DNA of 64,000 bases. It comes from Octopus vulgaris. Lineage: Eukaryota. Position 1 is the stretch's first letter. The number at the start of each line of letters is the position of its first letter. The stretch is from contig OX597816.1 in the NCBI GenBank assembly GCA_951406725.2, forward strand, positions 13,640,001 through 13,704,000, read 5' to 3'. The notes beneath the pieces are model-generated. The model made no database searches, had not been told where the DNA came from, and saw only the letters and a list, made by a program, of their open reading frames with translations. Positions 12,369-25,917 of the stretch are shown piece by piece. Both the position numbers and the translations under genes were made by a program.

Positions 12369-12560
12369 TTAATGTTTTATATTCAATATTTCATCTATTC
12401 AATAAGACAATCAATACTTCATTTCATTTTACTATATATACTAGATATTCTATATTAATATTATAAAGAATATAAATAAAACATAAAAAAACAGACAGAG
12501 TTGGAATTCCTTTGAATAATATATATCCCTCTATACACAATCATACAAAACCCCTTTATA

Positions 12561-12620
<60 letters not shown>

Positions 12621-12996
12621 ATAAAATAATATTCGGTCTGCTGTGTTGAGTCAAAAACACAATATCTAAGAACCTAATGGTATATCTTTTCTACCTCTCT
12701 GCTGAGATTTTGCCTAATATAATGATTTAATTATTGCTATTTAATCTTTTAGGCTTAATTGAAACAGCTGTAAGAGAATATGTTGGATTTTTGCAAATTA
12801 AAAATTATATTAATGTTGTATCTCCATTTTCTTAACGTTCTTTATATATACATACATACATACATATAGGAGATGAATAGTGCATTCACATTCAGCTATG
12901 TAAATTTTGGAAGTGTTGGTTGAATATCTGTTACATGATGTTTCTTGATTGTGTGCATATTTAACTCTAGCACTTTCAAATCTTATAATTGGAAAT

Positions 12997-13059
12997 ACTA
13001 CACTGAAGAGATAAGTAAGTAAATTTTTAAACACTTTAATCTCAAAACACATATGTAGT
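12997..13059 (+). ncRNA. Degenerate hammerhead motif (CpG-decayed)
   Basis: ACUACA CUGAAGA GAU...AUCUC AAA ACACAU A UGUAGU. 6-bp stem I; AAAACACAUA is consistent with CpG decay of GAAACGCGUA. Confidence 0.5.
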
Positions 13060-14493
13060 TAATCCTGGTCGTGTTGATTCATTGTTTTTCTCTTTGCCTT
13101 CGTAAAAAAGTATGTTACTGTCGTGGAGATTGTTACCTTGTAGAAAAGAAATTTTTTAATTCCTATTTCTAAATTCGGTATGTGGTGAAGCAATTAGCTG
13201 AACCCTAATTATAATTATGTTTATAATTATAAAATATTTGTACATACATGCACACACATATATATATAAAACATATAATTGCAACTCATTTCTACAGCTG
13301 AGTGAACTGGAGCAACATGAAATAAAGTGTCTTGCTCAAGAACACAACATGCAGCCTGGTCCAGGATTCAAACTCACAACCTCACAATTGTAAGCTCGAC
13401 GCTCAAACCACTGAGCCACGCACTGTTGCCTTTCCCTTGGATAACATCAGTGGTGTGGAGAGGGGAGGCCAGTATGCATGGGCGACTGCTGGTCTTCCAT
13501 AAACATCCTTGCCCGGACTTGTCCCTGGGAGGGTAACTTTCTAAGTGCAATCCCACGGTCAATCATGACTGAAGGAGATCTCAGCACAATATATATATAA
13601 TGTATTATAAGTACTGGGCTTACAAAAGAATAAGTCCCGGGGTCGATTTGCTCGATTAAAGGCGGTGCTCTAGCATGACTTTGCCTTTCATCCTTTTGGG
13701 GTCGATAAATTAAGTACCAGTTACGCATTGGGGTCGATGTAATTGACTTAATCCATTTGTCTGTCCCCTCTATGTTTAGCCCATTGTGGGTAGTAAAGAA
13801 ATATATATATATAATGTATTACCTCTTGATCAGACCTTGTATATGGTATACTAAATGTGATCTATGGGTACAAAACAAATGTCATCATTGTCATCATTAT
13901 CATCACCATCATCATCAACATTTAAAATCTGTTTTCCATGGTGACATAGGCCACAGAGCCTGGCAACATCCGGTGAGCCACAAATGTTGCATTGGGGCCC
14001 AATGTCAGCTTTGACAAGGTTTCCAGGATTGAATACCCTTCCTAACACCAACCACTTCACAGTGTGTACTGGATACTTCAAAGCAAGTGCTGTTAGGAAG
14101 GGCATCCAGCTGTTGAGGAAATAAAGGCAGGCTCACAGTGAATAAAGACTGTTTGTGGCTTAAACAGCCAGCAGTTTTCACATAAGCTGCTGTATGTAAA
14201 ATGCCGCAACATATACAGATAATTTATACTACATAAACACAGCAACGAGTATGTGTGTGCTGTGTTCCTAAATGCCATTTGACATAGCATTCTTTCTGAG
14301 TTATAGCCAGGTAGAACCTAGTCATTTCATGCTGTCAATTATTGTTTCCTTCAGAAAATCTAACAACATTGAAAAGCCTTATCAGATGTGCAACATAATC
14401 AAGTTATTTGCCAAGTGAAGCTCGATACGTTTCCTAATTCAATATTGCCACCTTGCTCTCCTCTCTTTTTATTATATTTATTTCTTCATGTAT

Positions 14494-14542
14494 CTCTCTC
14501 TCTCTTTCTCTCTCTCTCTCACTCACTCACTCTCTCTCTCTC

Positions 14543-14599
<57 letters not shown>

Positions 14600-14670
14600 G
14601 AATATATGTATATATATATACATATATATATGTGCATGTATGTGTGTATATATATATATATATATGTATG

Positions 14671-14701
<31 letters not shown>

Positions 14702-14823
14702 GTACATATGTATGTATATATATGTACATATGTATATATGTATGTATATGTATGTGTGTATATGTTTGAATATATATATATGAAAACATACACACACACA
14801 GATATGTATGTGCGTGGTGTGTG

Positions 14824-14859
<36 letters not shown>

Positions 14860-14914
14860 AACATACATACATACATATATATACACATTCACACAAATAT
14901 ATATATACATATAC

Positions 14915-14948
<34 letters not shown>

Positions 14949-15020
14949 ATGTATATATATATTTGTGTGAATGTGTATATATATGTATGTATGTATGTTT
15001 GTATATATATATATATATAT
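14494..15020 (+). repeat. (CT)n-(TA)n compound microsatellite
   Basis: Direct reading. Similar TA-rich blocks at about 38157-38430, 47750-48160 and 59205-59575. Confidence 0.97.
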
Positions 15021-15628
15021 ACCTTTCTACCTTTCCCTTTTGGCGTGCTCTCTCTCTCTAATTATTTGTTTTCCACCTTTGCTGTATTTTTTTTTTTTTA
15101 CAATTGACAGATATTTTATTTAGTTTACAAGAAGTTTCCAGATTTTCTTCTAAGATAGCAAAATATGCTTTTCTTTATTTTTATGTAAACATTCAGAAAT
15201 TCTAAACGATATATTTTTTTCCCATTGATTTTATTCTGCGACATTTTTAAGGACAAACAAACCCCAGACACCACAGCATTAAACTGCTACAAATATCATT
15301 GTGCTACTGTACTGTATTGAAAAATGTGAACCAAATCATCTTTTAGAGTTGCTTTGAAAACCAATCATTAGGGGTTTTTGTTATATATTTTAATTGATTT
15401 TAAATAATTTATTATTTTATCATTTATTTTGAGCTTTTTGTTGCATTGCCCTTTGTTCGTTTTGCCTTTGTTGGTATTTGCTGTTTTAGTGCATTGGTAT
15501 TGAGAGAGTACATTTAGTTTTCTTTAATAAAATATAAAATACATTTTTTTGATTTCTCTCAAAGCTCAGTACACAGAAGTCATTTATATGACAAAGAGAG
15601 AACAAAGAAGATAGATACATGTATATGT

Positions 15629-15662
<34 letters not shown>

Positions 15663-15942
15663 AGTTGAATTTTACAGAAAAACGAAAGACAAAGGTGTAT
15701 GAACAACAAGCAGGTGTATAAGTTTGACGCTCGGGAAAGTGAGAAATTTTTTTACATTTCAAACCCACGCTCTTCAACAGAAAGGAATAAGAGAAAATAA
15801 ACGGAAGAGAACAAAAATACTTGTAGATTTTGAAGTTCGATTAGAGGTTGTGTTAACCTCATGAAGGGATGGTTTCATCCAAGTAAATACTAGTTCAATA
15901 CCTAGTATTTGGGGGGAATTAATTTCCTTCAAAAAATGGGTG

Positions 15943-15982
<40 letters not shown>

Positions 15983-16637
15983 CATTTAGTCTATATTCAC
16001 ATAAAATAAGAAAACAAAAGAAAACAGAGATTGAGAAGTTAATAATTGTTTATTATTAACAGCAAATTATTCATCATCCCTTACAGCTGTTTCAATTAAT
16101 ATTTAGTAAATATTAACTAATATTAACTAATATTAACATTATAGCAGATTGAATTTTAGACAGCTATAATGAATCCATAAACACATATAAAACATCCAAG
16201 GGCATATTTTTTCCCCCTCTGAAGATATTATGCTCAGGTCATATAAGTCTAACGTTTACTTAATATTTACTGAGTATTAATTGAAACAGCTGTAAGGAAA
16301 GAAGATTAATTTGCTGCTAACAATAAACAATTATTAACTACCCAATCTCCATTTTCTTTTTTACTCCTATACATATGTGTGTGTGTATATATATGATAGA
16401 GAGAGAACAAAGAAGAAAATATATCAATATATATATACCGGAGTAAACACATAAATGTGAAACAAGGTGGAAAAAGAGTACTCAAATACCAGAGGTTGAG
16501 TAATATGCTTTATTTAAAAGCAGCAGAAATTTAACAAAAGCTGTTACTCGGAGTTTTACGTTCCTGTTCGTCCGACAAACGGGAACGTAAAACTCCGAGT
16601 AACAGCTTTTGTTAAATTTCTGCTGCTTTTAAATAAA

Positions 16638-16671
<34 letters not shown>

Positions 16672-16859
16672 TTTGTTAAAATACATAAACCAGAGGAAAA
16701 GCACACTCTAAGATGCAGAACAGTTAATATTATAGTGGGGTAGGCCAGTTTATGGGGTTCCCTGGGTTTCTCTCTCATAAGCAATTTAGCCTTATGGCAT
16801 ATCTTCACATCCCAAACACTACTGACCCACAGGTCTGCCCCACTATAATATATATATAC

Positions 16860-16927
<68 letters not shown>

Positions 16928-17099
16928 GGTTCAAAAGGAACACACAAGTTGATATGTATAAGGAAAATAAGTCAACGTAGAAAATGCTAAAATAATTTTA
17001 TCATAAAAGACGTGTTAGTACTGGTTTCAGTCATTGAGACTTTTTCTACTCTAAGTATGGAAAACAATTAAATTTTGGAAAAATTAAATGAAAAGTGTT

Positions 17100-17327
17100 T
17101 TAACCCTTTTGTTACTGTATTTATTTTGAGATGCTCTGTATTTCTTTCAATTATTTTAAATATAACAAAGAATTTAATAAAACAACTTAGTTATCATTAA
17201 GCTAGTATTAGGAACATAAATTGTGACTAAGGTTTGGTGGAAAATTTTAATTCAAAACTTATGAAAACAAGACATTTGTACTTAGAGCCAGAGCCGGTTT
17301 CAGCCGGGTTGGTAACAAAAGGGTTAA
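17100..17327. mobile_element. piggyBac-type MITE
   Basis: Perfect ends TTAACCCTTTTGTTAC / GTAACAAAAGGGTTAA (TTAA target plus CCC). A rearranged copy lies at about 5598-5983. Confidence 0.88.
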
Positions 17328-17603
17328 AAGAATATTTGTATAGTATTCAAATACAAGGGGCATTTTTCTTGTTACTGCCTGTCTCTGTCTCTCTTGTTTA
17401 CCCTTGAGGGTTCGCAGTCATAGTGTATTCTTGGCAGAGATGAAAATATATATATATATATATATAGATATATATCATCATATACATATATCTTTATACA
17501 TACACACACACATACATACATACATACATGAGAAGGCACTGAAAAGTTCATGGCTTTGAGTAAAAGAAAATATAGGACAATCAGTTAATTATGTTATTCA
17601 ATA

Positions 17604-17990
17604 TCTATCTATATATATAAAGCTGAAGTTGTCTGTGTGTGGCAGGTTTGGTAGCCTTCAACTAACACTATCTCCTCCAAGACCCTGCAGCGCAAGTTGA
17701 CCAAAATTGAGAGTATGATAGAAGAAGGCTTGCTTTTCATTCTGTAAAATTCAAATTGGACCATGTTAACACCAAAACTTATTTACATCAAAAAGATGCT
17801 TTTTGTCTATGAAAATCCCTATTTTTTACGATTTTTTTACTGCTGTGTCGCCATTTTTCAGTGTATTTCAACCAGAAAAATGTTCACTTGAAGAGAATAA
17901 CAAGCTACATAATGCAAAATTTTTACTTTTCAAAAATTCCAATTCTAAAGGGTCGAAACAAACCCGAGCAATGTCGGGCGATACTGCTAG
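17604..17990 (+). mobile_element. Non-autonomous Helitron-like element
   Basis: Starts TC after A and ends with hairpin CCCGAGCAATGTCGGG plus CTAG before T. Copies at 28965-29346 (+) and about 42617-42986 (-). Confidence 0.82.
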
Positions 17991-18171
17991 TACTGAATAA
18001 AAATATTGGGGTCAATTCATTTGACTGCAAATTCTTCAGTGATGCCCCAGAATGGTTGCAGTTTAATGACTGAAACAAGAGATACATTATTTAAAGGAAG
18101 GCAGCATTCTCTGAAGACAAAATACAACAGTAATTATCATATTCTCATTTGGGTCTGCTCATATTAAGAAT

Positions 18172-18470
18172 GTGGAGGCACATGGCCTAGTGGTTAGAGC
18201 AGCGGACTTGCAGTCGAGGAATCATGGGTTTGAATCTCAGACAGGGCGACGTGTGTGTTTATGAGCGAAACACCTAAGCTCCATATGGCTCTGGCAGAAG
18301 GTAATGGCGAACTTCTGCTGACTCTTTCACCACAACTTTCTCTCACTCTTTCCTTCTGCATCTTGCAGCTCACCTGTGACAGAGCGGTGTCCCGTCCAGG
18401 TGGGGAACCTACACGCCAAGGAAACTGGGAAACCGGCCCTACGAGCCAGGCATGGCTCGAGAAGGAACAA
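18172..18470 (+). mobile_element. tRNA-derived SINE family D'
   Basis: Highly similar to 51220-51520; ends GGCATGGCTCGAGAAGGAACAA. Confidence 0.8.
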
Positions 18471-18787
18471 AACGTATTAAGAATGATAAGGTACATCACT
18501 GTTTTGTAGTTTAGTCACATACAAAAATGTGGATATTTGACTACGGATTTCCACAACTAGGTATCCATTTATTTGAGGATTTTGTTGCACTCTACAGAAA
18601 TGTTTCTAAAATTAAACTCCTTTGATGTATGTATGTGGTGGTGGTGGTTGCTGGCGAGAAGGGAAAATTAAGAATAAAATATGAAAGGCTAGTTATGAGC
18701 AGTTTTTCCCTAACGTAATATCAAATACCTCATAACAATCAAATGTATTGCTGTGTAATTCTTTTTAAACATTTTTATGACTTTTCA

Positions 18788-19222
18788 AAAAGGGCACCAT
18801 TCGAGTATGATCGTTACCAGCGTCGCCTTACTGGCACTTGTGCATGTGCTAGTAGGGTGCCAATCCGAGAGTGATCGTTGCCAGAGCAGCCAACTGGCTT
18901 TCGTACCCGTGGCAAGTAAAAGGGTACCATTCGAGCGTGATTGTTACCAATGTTGCTTCATTGGCACCCGTGCCAGTGGCATGTGAAAAAAGATTCGAGC
19001 GAGGTCGTTGCCAGTACCGCCTAACTGGCCCCCATGCCAGTGGCACGTAAAAAGCACCCACTACACTCTCAGAGTGGTTGGCGTTAGGAAGGGCATCCAG
19101 CTGTAGAAACTCTGCCAGATCAAAATTGGAGCCTGGTGCAGCCATCTGGTTCGCCAGCCCTCAGTCAAAATCGTCCAACCCATGCTAGCATGGAAAGCGG
19201 ACGTTAAATGATGATGATGATG
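18788..19222 (+). mobile_element. Family B LINE 3' UTR copy
   Basis: Internal subrepeats around (TGGCACGT)AAAAAGCACC and the conserved end CATGCTAGCATGGAAAGCGGACGTTAAATGATGATG. Confidence 0.8.
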
Positions 19223-20775
19223 AATTACACTCTTGTAAAATGCAACGCAGCAGTCCACAGTTAAATGAAGGAGTAACATAATCCGCTATGCTTAATAGAG
19301 TACCAGCATCATTAGAATAATTGCTGCTTAAGTAGCATACCACAGCAATTTTATCTTTAATGGTACAAGAAAAAAACGCTGATTGGAATTACATTCATTA
19401 TCCATTATTCCAAATGATATATTGCTTGGAAATTTTATAATTCTCCAGATTATAAAATGGAGCTCTATTGAAGACCACTTAGGTCTGCAATTAATATCAG
19501 GATTTCAATTATACCCAGTTCCTTCCTTTTTCCCAAGAGAGAGCGATTGTTTTCGCATCACATTTTCATTGTGTACAGTTTCACCATATAGGTTTTCCAT
19601 TAAGCAATTCAACAAGGGATATGTGTTTAATTTTGAATTAATTGTTGAATTTTAACAAGTGTGATGGGCACAGATGTGGCTGTGTGTGTGTGTGTGTGGT
19701 TAAAAAGCTTGTTCTGAACCAGGTGGTCTGGGATTCAATCCCACAGTGCTGCACCTGGGGCAAGCCTTGAGTGGATATGGTGGATAGAAGCAACTGAAAG
19801 AAGCTTGTGCGTGTGTGTGTGTCCTTGTCTTGGATGTTGCATGATGGTAGCAAGCAACCAACACCATGTCATTTGTTTCCATTCATCCATGAAAACATGT
19901 CTGGCCATGGGAAATATTACCCTATTTGGAAAGGCATCTGGATATAGAAAATAAAGTACATACCTCAAGGAACCCATGCACCAAAAAAATATATATATAC
20001 TATATCTTTCTCATTTTTTTCATCGTAGTTCACATGGTAATCATAATCATCATCATCCAATGTTTTAAATCCAAGTTTTGTCCCTGTTAACAGGGGTGGC
20101 CAGATCTACCTCAATGTCATAGCAACCGAGGTAGGCAGGTGCAGCCCACCCCAAACTTTGGGCGGGCGGGCTGGCTGGTGCCCATTCTCCTTTGCTATCA
20201 TGAGGCTTTCTTGGAGCTGGATTTTCTACAGGGAGCATACCCTTGCTTACCCCCAACTAATTCTGTTTGACCCCAGCAAGAATGGGAAAATGTACATTAA
20301 ATAATGATGATGATGATGATCTTAACTCAAACCACAATGTGTCTTGTTTTAAGATGAAAGAAATTTGTCCACTCTTTCTAGGTCGTTAGAAGTTCCTTTG
20401 TTAATTCAAGATAATAAGAAATGAGTAAAAAAATAGCTTAAAGTATTTCTGCAAGGTAATCTCATTATAGTTAAGTGTGAAAGATAAGAAAGTGGGGGTG
20501 GGTGGGGGTAATGAATACAGAGAACTGTTTACATTACGGCTGATGAAAGGATTTTCTCATCATTAGTGAAACACTGGTGAGAAAGATTATCTGTGGAGGC
20601 TGGAAGAACAAAAAGGAACTGGAAAACAAACCATTAAATTCGTTGGCTGTGACAGCCTAGCCTAGGGTGACAATTGCGTGGAGATGCAATGGAAATATAT
20701 ATATATATATACATAGGCTGTGTGGGAAGTAGCATTCTTGGTAGACGGAAACTGAAAGAAGCCCATCATATATAT

Positions 20776-20995
20776 CGAAGGAGAGGGGCTTTCTCGGTCT
20801 GGGTAGCGAATCCGTGGAATAAGCTGCCGGACGAGATATGAAGATACCGACGACCGCTCGGTTCAAAGACTCTCTTGACCAGAAATGGCCTGAACTCTTT
20901 ACATGAATACCCTCCCTGTACATAACTCCATGTCCCCCTACATGGCCTTGCTTTTGCTTTTTGAGCCAAAATATTAACTTAACTTAACTTAACTT
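20776..20995 (+). mobile_element. CR1/L2-like LINE 3' end with (AACTT)n tail, inserted in a SINE
   Basis: RRGAFSVWVANPWNKLPDE...TTARFKDSLDQKWPELF* (FSxRVxxxWNxLP motif) and a short tandem tail. It interrupts the family-A SINE spanning about 20716-21222. Confidence 0.8.
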
Positions 20996-21332
20996 ATGTA
21001 TATTTATGTGTGTGTGTGTGTGTTTGTGTGTCTGTGTTTGTCCCCCCCAACATTACTTGACAACCGATGCTGGTGTGTTTACGTCCCCATAAATTAGCGG
21101 TTCGGCAAAAGAAACCAATAGAATAAGTACTAGGCTTCCAAAAAGACCTGGGGTTGATTTTCTCGACTAAAGGCAGTGCTCCAGCATGGCCGCAGTCAAA
21201 TGACTGAAACAAGTAAAAGAGTATCCATTGAGAAAGAGAAATTTTTGTAATTTGTTGGGACAGAAAGGAAGAAGAGGCCCCAAAAAGCAAGATTGAAGAT
21301 ATTTAATTTGTTAGGCTTTACATATATTAGAG

Positions 21333-22005
21333 CAGTGTTTCTCAACCTTTTTACCCTTGCATAACCCTTAAAATAAATTACATGCCTCAAGGAACCCCTG
21401 TACAAAAACAAAATATATGCTATATCTTTCTCATTTTTTGCTTCATAGTTCACATGGTAATCATCACCATCATCATCATCATCATCATCTAGTGTTTTAA
21501 ATCCAGGTTTTGCCCCCCATTATGGGGCCAGACGGATCTACCTCAACACCATAGCAACCGAAATTGGCAGGTGCAGCCCACCCCAACCTTTTGGGCTGGC
21601 TGGTGCCCATTCTCCTTTGCTATCATGAGGCTTTTCTACAGGGATCATGCCCTTGCTTACCCCCAACCTCAGTTTCTAGTCATGATTGGTCCCAAGACTA
21701 AGGCCTCTACCATAATTTTTAAGAAATGTGGTGGGAAAACTAGCTCAGGAAGGCAGGGATGCAATTCCCTGAGACCCCTTCCAGAGCCCCCCTATATATT
21801 GTTGTTATATTTTTTTGATAACATAATAGGTTAGATAGGATGATGTCCATATTACAATATTACAATAACCAATAATATGTTGCTCATGTGTAGTAATATT
21901 ACAATCATGAAATTAGCATTAGCTTATCTCACTCTTTTTCGTGGTACCCCTAGGAACCTTTTGTGGAACCCTAAGGTTCCAGGGAACCCCAGTTGAGAAA
22001 CGCTG
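21333..22005. mobile_element. hAT-type MITE
   Basis: TIRs CAGTGTTTCTCAAC / GTTGAGAAACGCTG; 8-bp TSD TATTAGAG / CATTAGAG. Confidence 0.85.
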
Positions 22006-22370
22006 CATTAGAGAGACATAAAGGTCTTGAAAAAACATGTGTTAATATGGAAACAGCAATGATGGAAATGATTTATTTAAAGATTATATAACTGTAATTT
22101 ATTATTAATCGACAACTAAAGCCCTTGTGGCTAATAAAAGAATTAATTATTAATTAATAACTTAAGATAAAGTGGTAAGCTGGTAGAACTGTTAGCATGC
22201 TGAGTAAAATGCATAGTGGCATTTTGTAGGTCATTATGTTCTGAGTTCCAATTCTACTAAGGTTCACTTTGTCATTCATCCTATAAATTAAGTACCAGTT
22301 ATGTACTGGGGTCAATCTAATTGACTATCGACCATCCCAAAAGTTTTTGGCTTCTATTAGAGAAGTTATT

Positions 22371-22480
22371 TGGGTTCAGTCCCTCTGCATGGCACCCTGG
22401 ACAAGTGTCTTCTGCTATAGTCTCGGGCCAAACAAAGCCTTGTGAGTGGATTTGGTAGATGGAAACTGAAAGAAGCCCAT

Positions 22481-22514
<34 letters not shown>

Positions 22515-22705
22515 ACCACTGCTTGACAAATGGTGTTAGTTTGTTTACATCCCCATGACTTAGCAGTTTGGCAAAAGGGACAGATAGAATAAGTATCAGA
22601 CAGTTAAAAGAAAGTACCGGGGCCGATTCATTGAACTACAAATACATCGAGGCGGTGCTCCAGCATGGCTGTGGTCTAATAACTGAAACAAGTAAAAGAT
22701 AAAAG
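22371..22705 (+). mobile_element. SINE family A, 5'-truncated and diverged
   Basis: GGGTTCAGTCCC...GGATTTGGTAGATGGAAACTGAAAG...GAAACAAGTAAAAGATAAAAG. Confidence 0.75.
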
Positions 22706-23342
22706 GTAACACATCTCTAAAAGTAAACGTAAGCACCATGAAGTTTCGGTAAACTCCGACTGATTTTCAGCAGAAACCATTTCCACTTGACTTGTGCCAC
22801 TACAGCTCCTCATAAAGGCATGACCGTCACAACTTATATGTAATGCACACCTCAAAAAGTTTTATACTCCATGGCTATTCAGGAAAAGTAATGGAAACAC
22901 ACAATCACACATTGGTTTACTCTGGTTGAGAACCTTATGATAATGTCCAGATTCAGAGACCAAAACAAGGAAATTAATTTGTTGCTTAATAAAAACAAAA
23001 AAAAAAGACAAAAAAAAAAGGAAAAACAAATTGAATAATTGGAAAAAAATATGAAAAAAAATTAAACATAGGACTGATTTCAATAATTCTTATTGAATTA
23101 TTCAATAGCAATATTGTAATGATGCTTTTAACAGGAATGTGTTTTTTTTTTGTTTTTTTTTCAATTATAAAATTCTGTGCTGGACAGAAGTGAAGAAGAG
23201 AAAAAAGAGAAAAGCTCTTGTTGATGGCCTTCCTACTTAATGATTCAGTGGTTATTGTGAAGAAGATTAGTAAAGTTATTAAACTATAACATAATGAGTT
23301 AATTGAAACAAATGAAACAAATACTATCACGAAGAGAGGTGT

Positions 23343-23388
<46 letters not shown>

Positions 23389-23775
23389 CTAGCAGTATCG
23401 CCCGGCGTTGCTCGGGTTTGTAAGGGAAATAACTATAAAGCATTTTTAGAGAGTTATAGCCAAAAAAATAGCAAAAAAATGGAAAAAAAATGATGGTAAA
23501 TTTTTTTGAGAGTTAAAAAAGGTGGAGTTGCGTCCCCTAGACGGTCTGCGGTTTGGGTTTCTGATTCTCCACCCCATGTCGAATTTATCGATTTTTTTCA
23601 GAACTGGGGGAACTTTTCAAAATTTTCGCTGCGTTAGTTTTGAATTATGACATTGGGCTATGTGTGTGTCAAGTTTCATCAGAATCGGTTGAAAGCCGTG
23701 GTCAGAGTGAGGGTACAACCTAACAGACACACAGAAACACACACAGACAAACTGCCGTTTATATAGAGAGAGATA
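23389..23775 (-). mobile_element. Second Helitron-like family sharing the same 3' end
   Basis: Plus A|CTAGCAGTATCGCCCGGCGTTGCTCGGGTTTG is the reverse of the 3' hairpin plus CTAG; the body differs from 17604-17990. Confidence 0.78.
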
Positions 23776-23892
23776 TATAAAACATGTCTCAATCTCATTT
23801 GACCACTTTTTTTTTGCAGTCTTATAAACTTCTTTTGTCTCCATAAAAAGAGGCAATAATTATTTCTTGTCATAAATATATATGTGTGTGTA

Positions 23893-23964
<72 letters not shown>

Positions 23965-24488
23965 CACATGTATGTAATCATACACGTATACACATGCACA
24001 TTCCTACATCTAGATCAGTCTCACTATCTCTCTCTCTCTCTTTAAATATATTTACACACACACACAAGTAAGCACATAAGTGCAAAACAAGATGGAAAAA
24101 GTAGTACTCAAATACTGAAGGCAGAGTAATATACTGTTTTATTAAAGCTGAAAAAAATCTTGTGAAACTCTGAGTAACAGTTTGTGAAAATTTACTCACC
24201 TTTGATAAAATAGTATACACACACACACGTATATAAACTTATATATTCACATATAAAAAATTATGAGTCAGAGGTTATGCAAGCATGTAAGGGATAAATG
24301 TATCCATAGGTACTACTGGTGTATTACCTCACTATGTATAGACCTTGCTATAAGGCTAACAGTTGTTGGTAATCTATATGGTAAAAACGTGGTTTAATAT
24401 ATTCAGATAAGAAAAGAAATGGAGCAATAATTAACAGTTAGAAGTTGATTATTGACATTAAAACGTCATAGTTTAATTGTAGTTCAAG

Positions 24489-24570
24489 AACATTTACAGC
24501 TGTTTCAGTTTATTATTTCGATGTAAATTTGCATTTTCTCGTTCTATTTAACAAACATCGTCAGAATGAT
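24489..24570 (-). ncRNA. Type I hammerhead motif with long stem II loop
   Basis: Minus strand: CAUU CUGACGA U GUUUGUU...AAUAAAC U GAA ACAGCUGU A AAUG. Core complete, 4-bp stem I, palindromic stem III, U.U at the stem II base. Confidence 0.6.
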
Positions 24571-25420
24571 TTAGAGTTGATCAGAGGAATATAGATAAGA
24601 GAAAAAGGGAAATGAAAAGAAAAAGGAAAAAAAGGAAAAGTTCGTTAAGTCTTTAGGCTTACATTTTTGTGCCCTTTTTGGGTTCCACATGTGTGTATGT
24701 TTCTTCAATTAGATAAATACACATATATGTATACATATATCATGGTTCTATCTACCTATCTAGATAGATAGATAGAGAGATAGATAATAATAAAGGGTAA
24801 AATTAATTAAACAGTTAATAATTAATAATTTTACCAAGTAGTTCAGTATGTTGAAAGAACCATTATCAGTAACCTTATACAAAAAATTCTATAATTATAA
24901 GCATAATTATATTTAGGGTTCAGCAAAAATTGCTTCACCACATACCAAAATTTAGAAATAGCAGTTAAGTACTATTCCACTACCATAAGAGAGTATTGCT
25001 ATCTGGGAGATATCTTATGGTAGTGGAATAGTATTTAACTGCTATTTCTAAATTTCGGTATGTGGTGAGGCAAATTTGCTGAACCCTAATTGTAATTATG
25101 CTTATAATTATAGAAATTTTTGTATCTAGATAGATAGATAGATAGACAGATAGATGTCAACATATATATATATATATATATTAACAATTGAGGATAAAAT
25201 CTTTAAAAGAAATTATCAGTAGTCAGCGTGAAAAACCTCGTAAGAGAAAAAATCCGTAAATTCTTCCTCTTTGAAAATATTCATTTATATTATATTGAGG
25301 GTACTACTATTCGTAGATACCAACACGCTAAGAGGGACCAATGCGGTCAAAACTACTAAAAATAAACAAAATTTTACCGAATGCAAAACTTCAAAACACA
25401 TCATTTTAAAAAAGAATTCA

Positions 25421-25484
25421 GTTACATATCACATGTGATTTCGCATTTAATGCAGAATATGCATTTCATGTTCGTCAGTGCAAC
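25421..25484 (-). ncRNA. Type I hammerhead ribozyme motif, near-intact
   Basis: Minus strand: GUUGCA CUGACGA ACAUGAAAUGCAUAUUCUGCAUUAAAUGC GAA AUCACAUGUGAU A UGUAAC. Stem I GUUGCA/UGUAAC, full core, inner stem II AAUGCA/UGCAUU, palindromic stem III, AUA cleavage triplet. The stem II base pair is an A.C mismatch. Confidence 0.75.
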
Positions 25485-25917
25485 AAACTCAAGAAATATA
25501 AGAAAAAACATAACATTACAAACTCGATAGCCAACCGTAGAATTCGTCGTAGCTTGTACGAATGTTTATCCTTACATATCTATGAAAATGGCGGGCTTTT
25601 TCGCAATGCATTTCGATAACAAATTGCCTAGTCGGAATAAAAATTCAGTATTGAACTATTCTGGTGAAAAATATAAATTAACAATTGAGGATAAAATCTT
25701 TAAAAGAAATTATCAGTAGTCAGCGTGAAAAACCTCGTAAGAGAAAAAATCTGTAAATTCTTCCTCTTTGAAAATATTCATTTATATTATATTGAGGGTA
25801 CTACTATTCGTAGATACCAACATGCTAAGAGGGACCAATGCGGTCAAAATTACTAAAAATAAACAAAATTTTACTGAATGCAAAACTTCAAAACACATCA
25901 TTTTAAAAAAGAATTCA

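Noticed and set aside
20540-20580. CTGATGA...GAAAC hammerhead-like match
   Set aside because: No convincing stem I or stem II, and G at the cleavage position.
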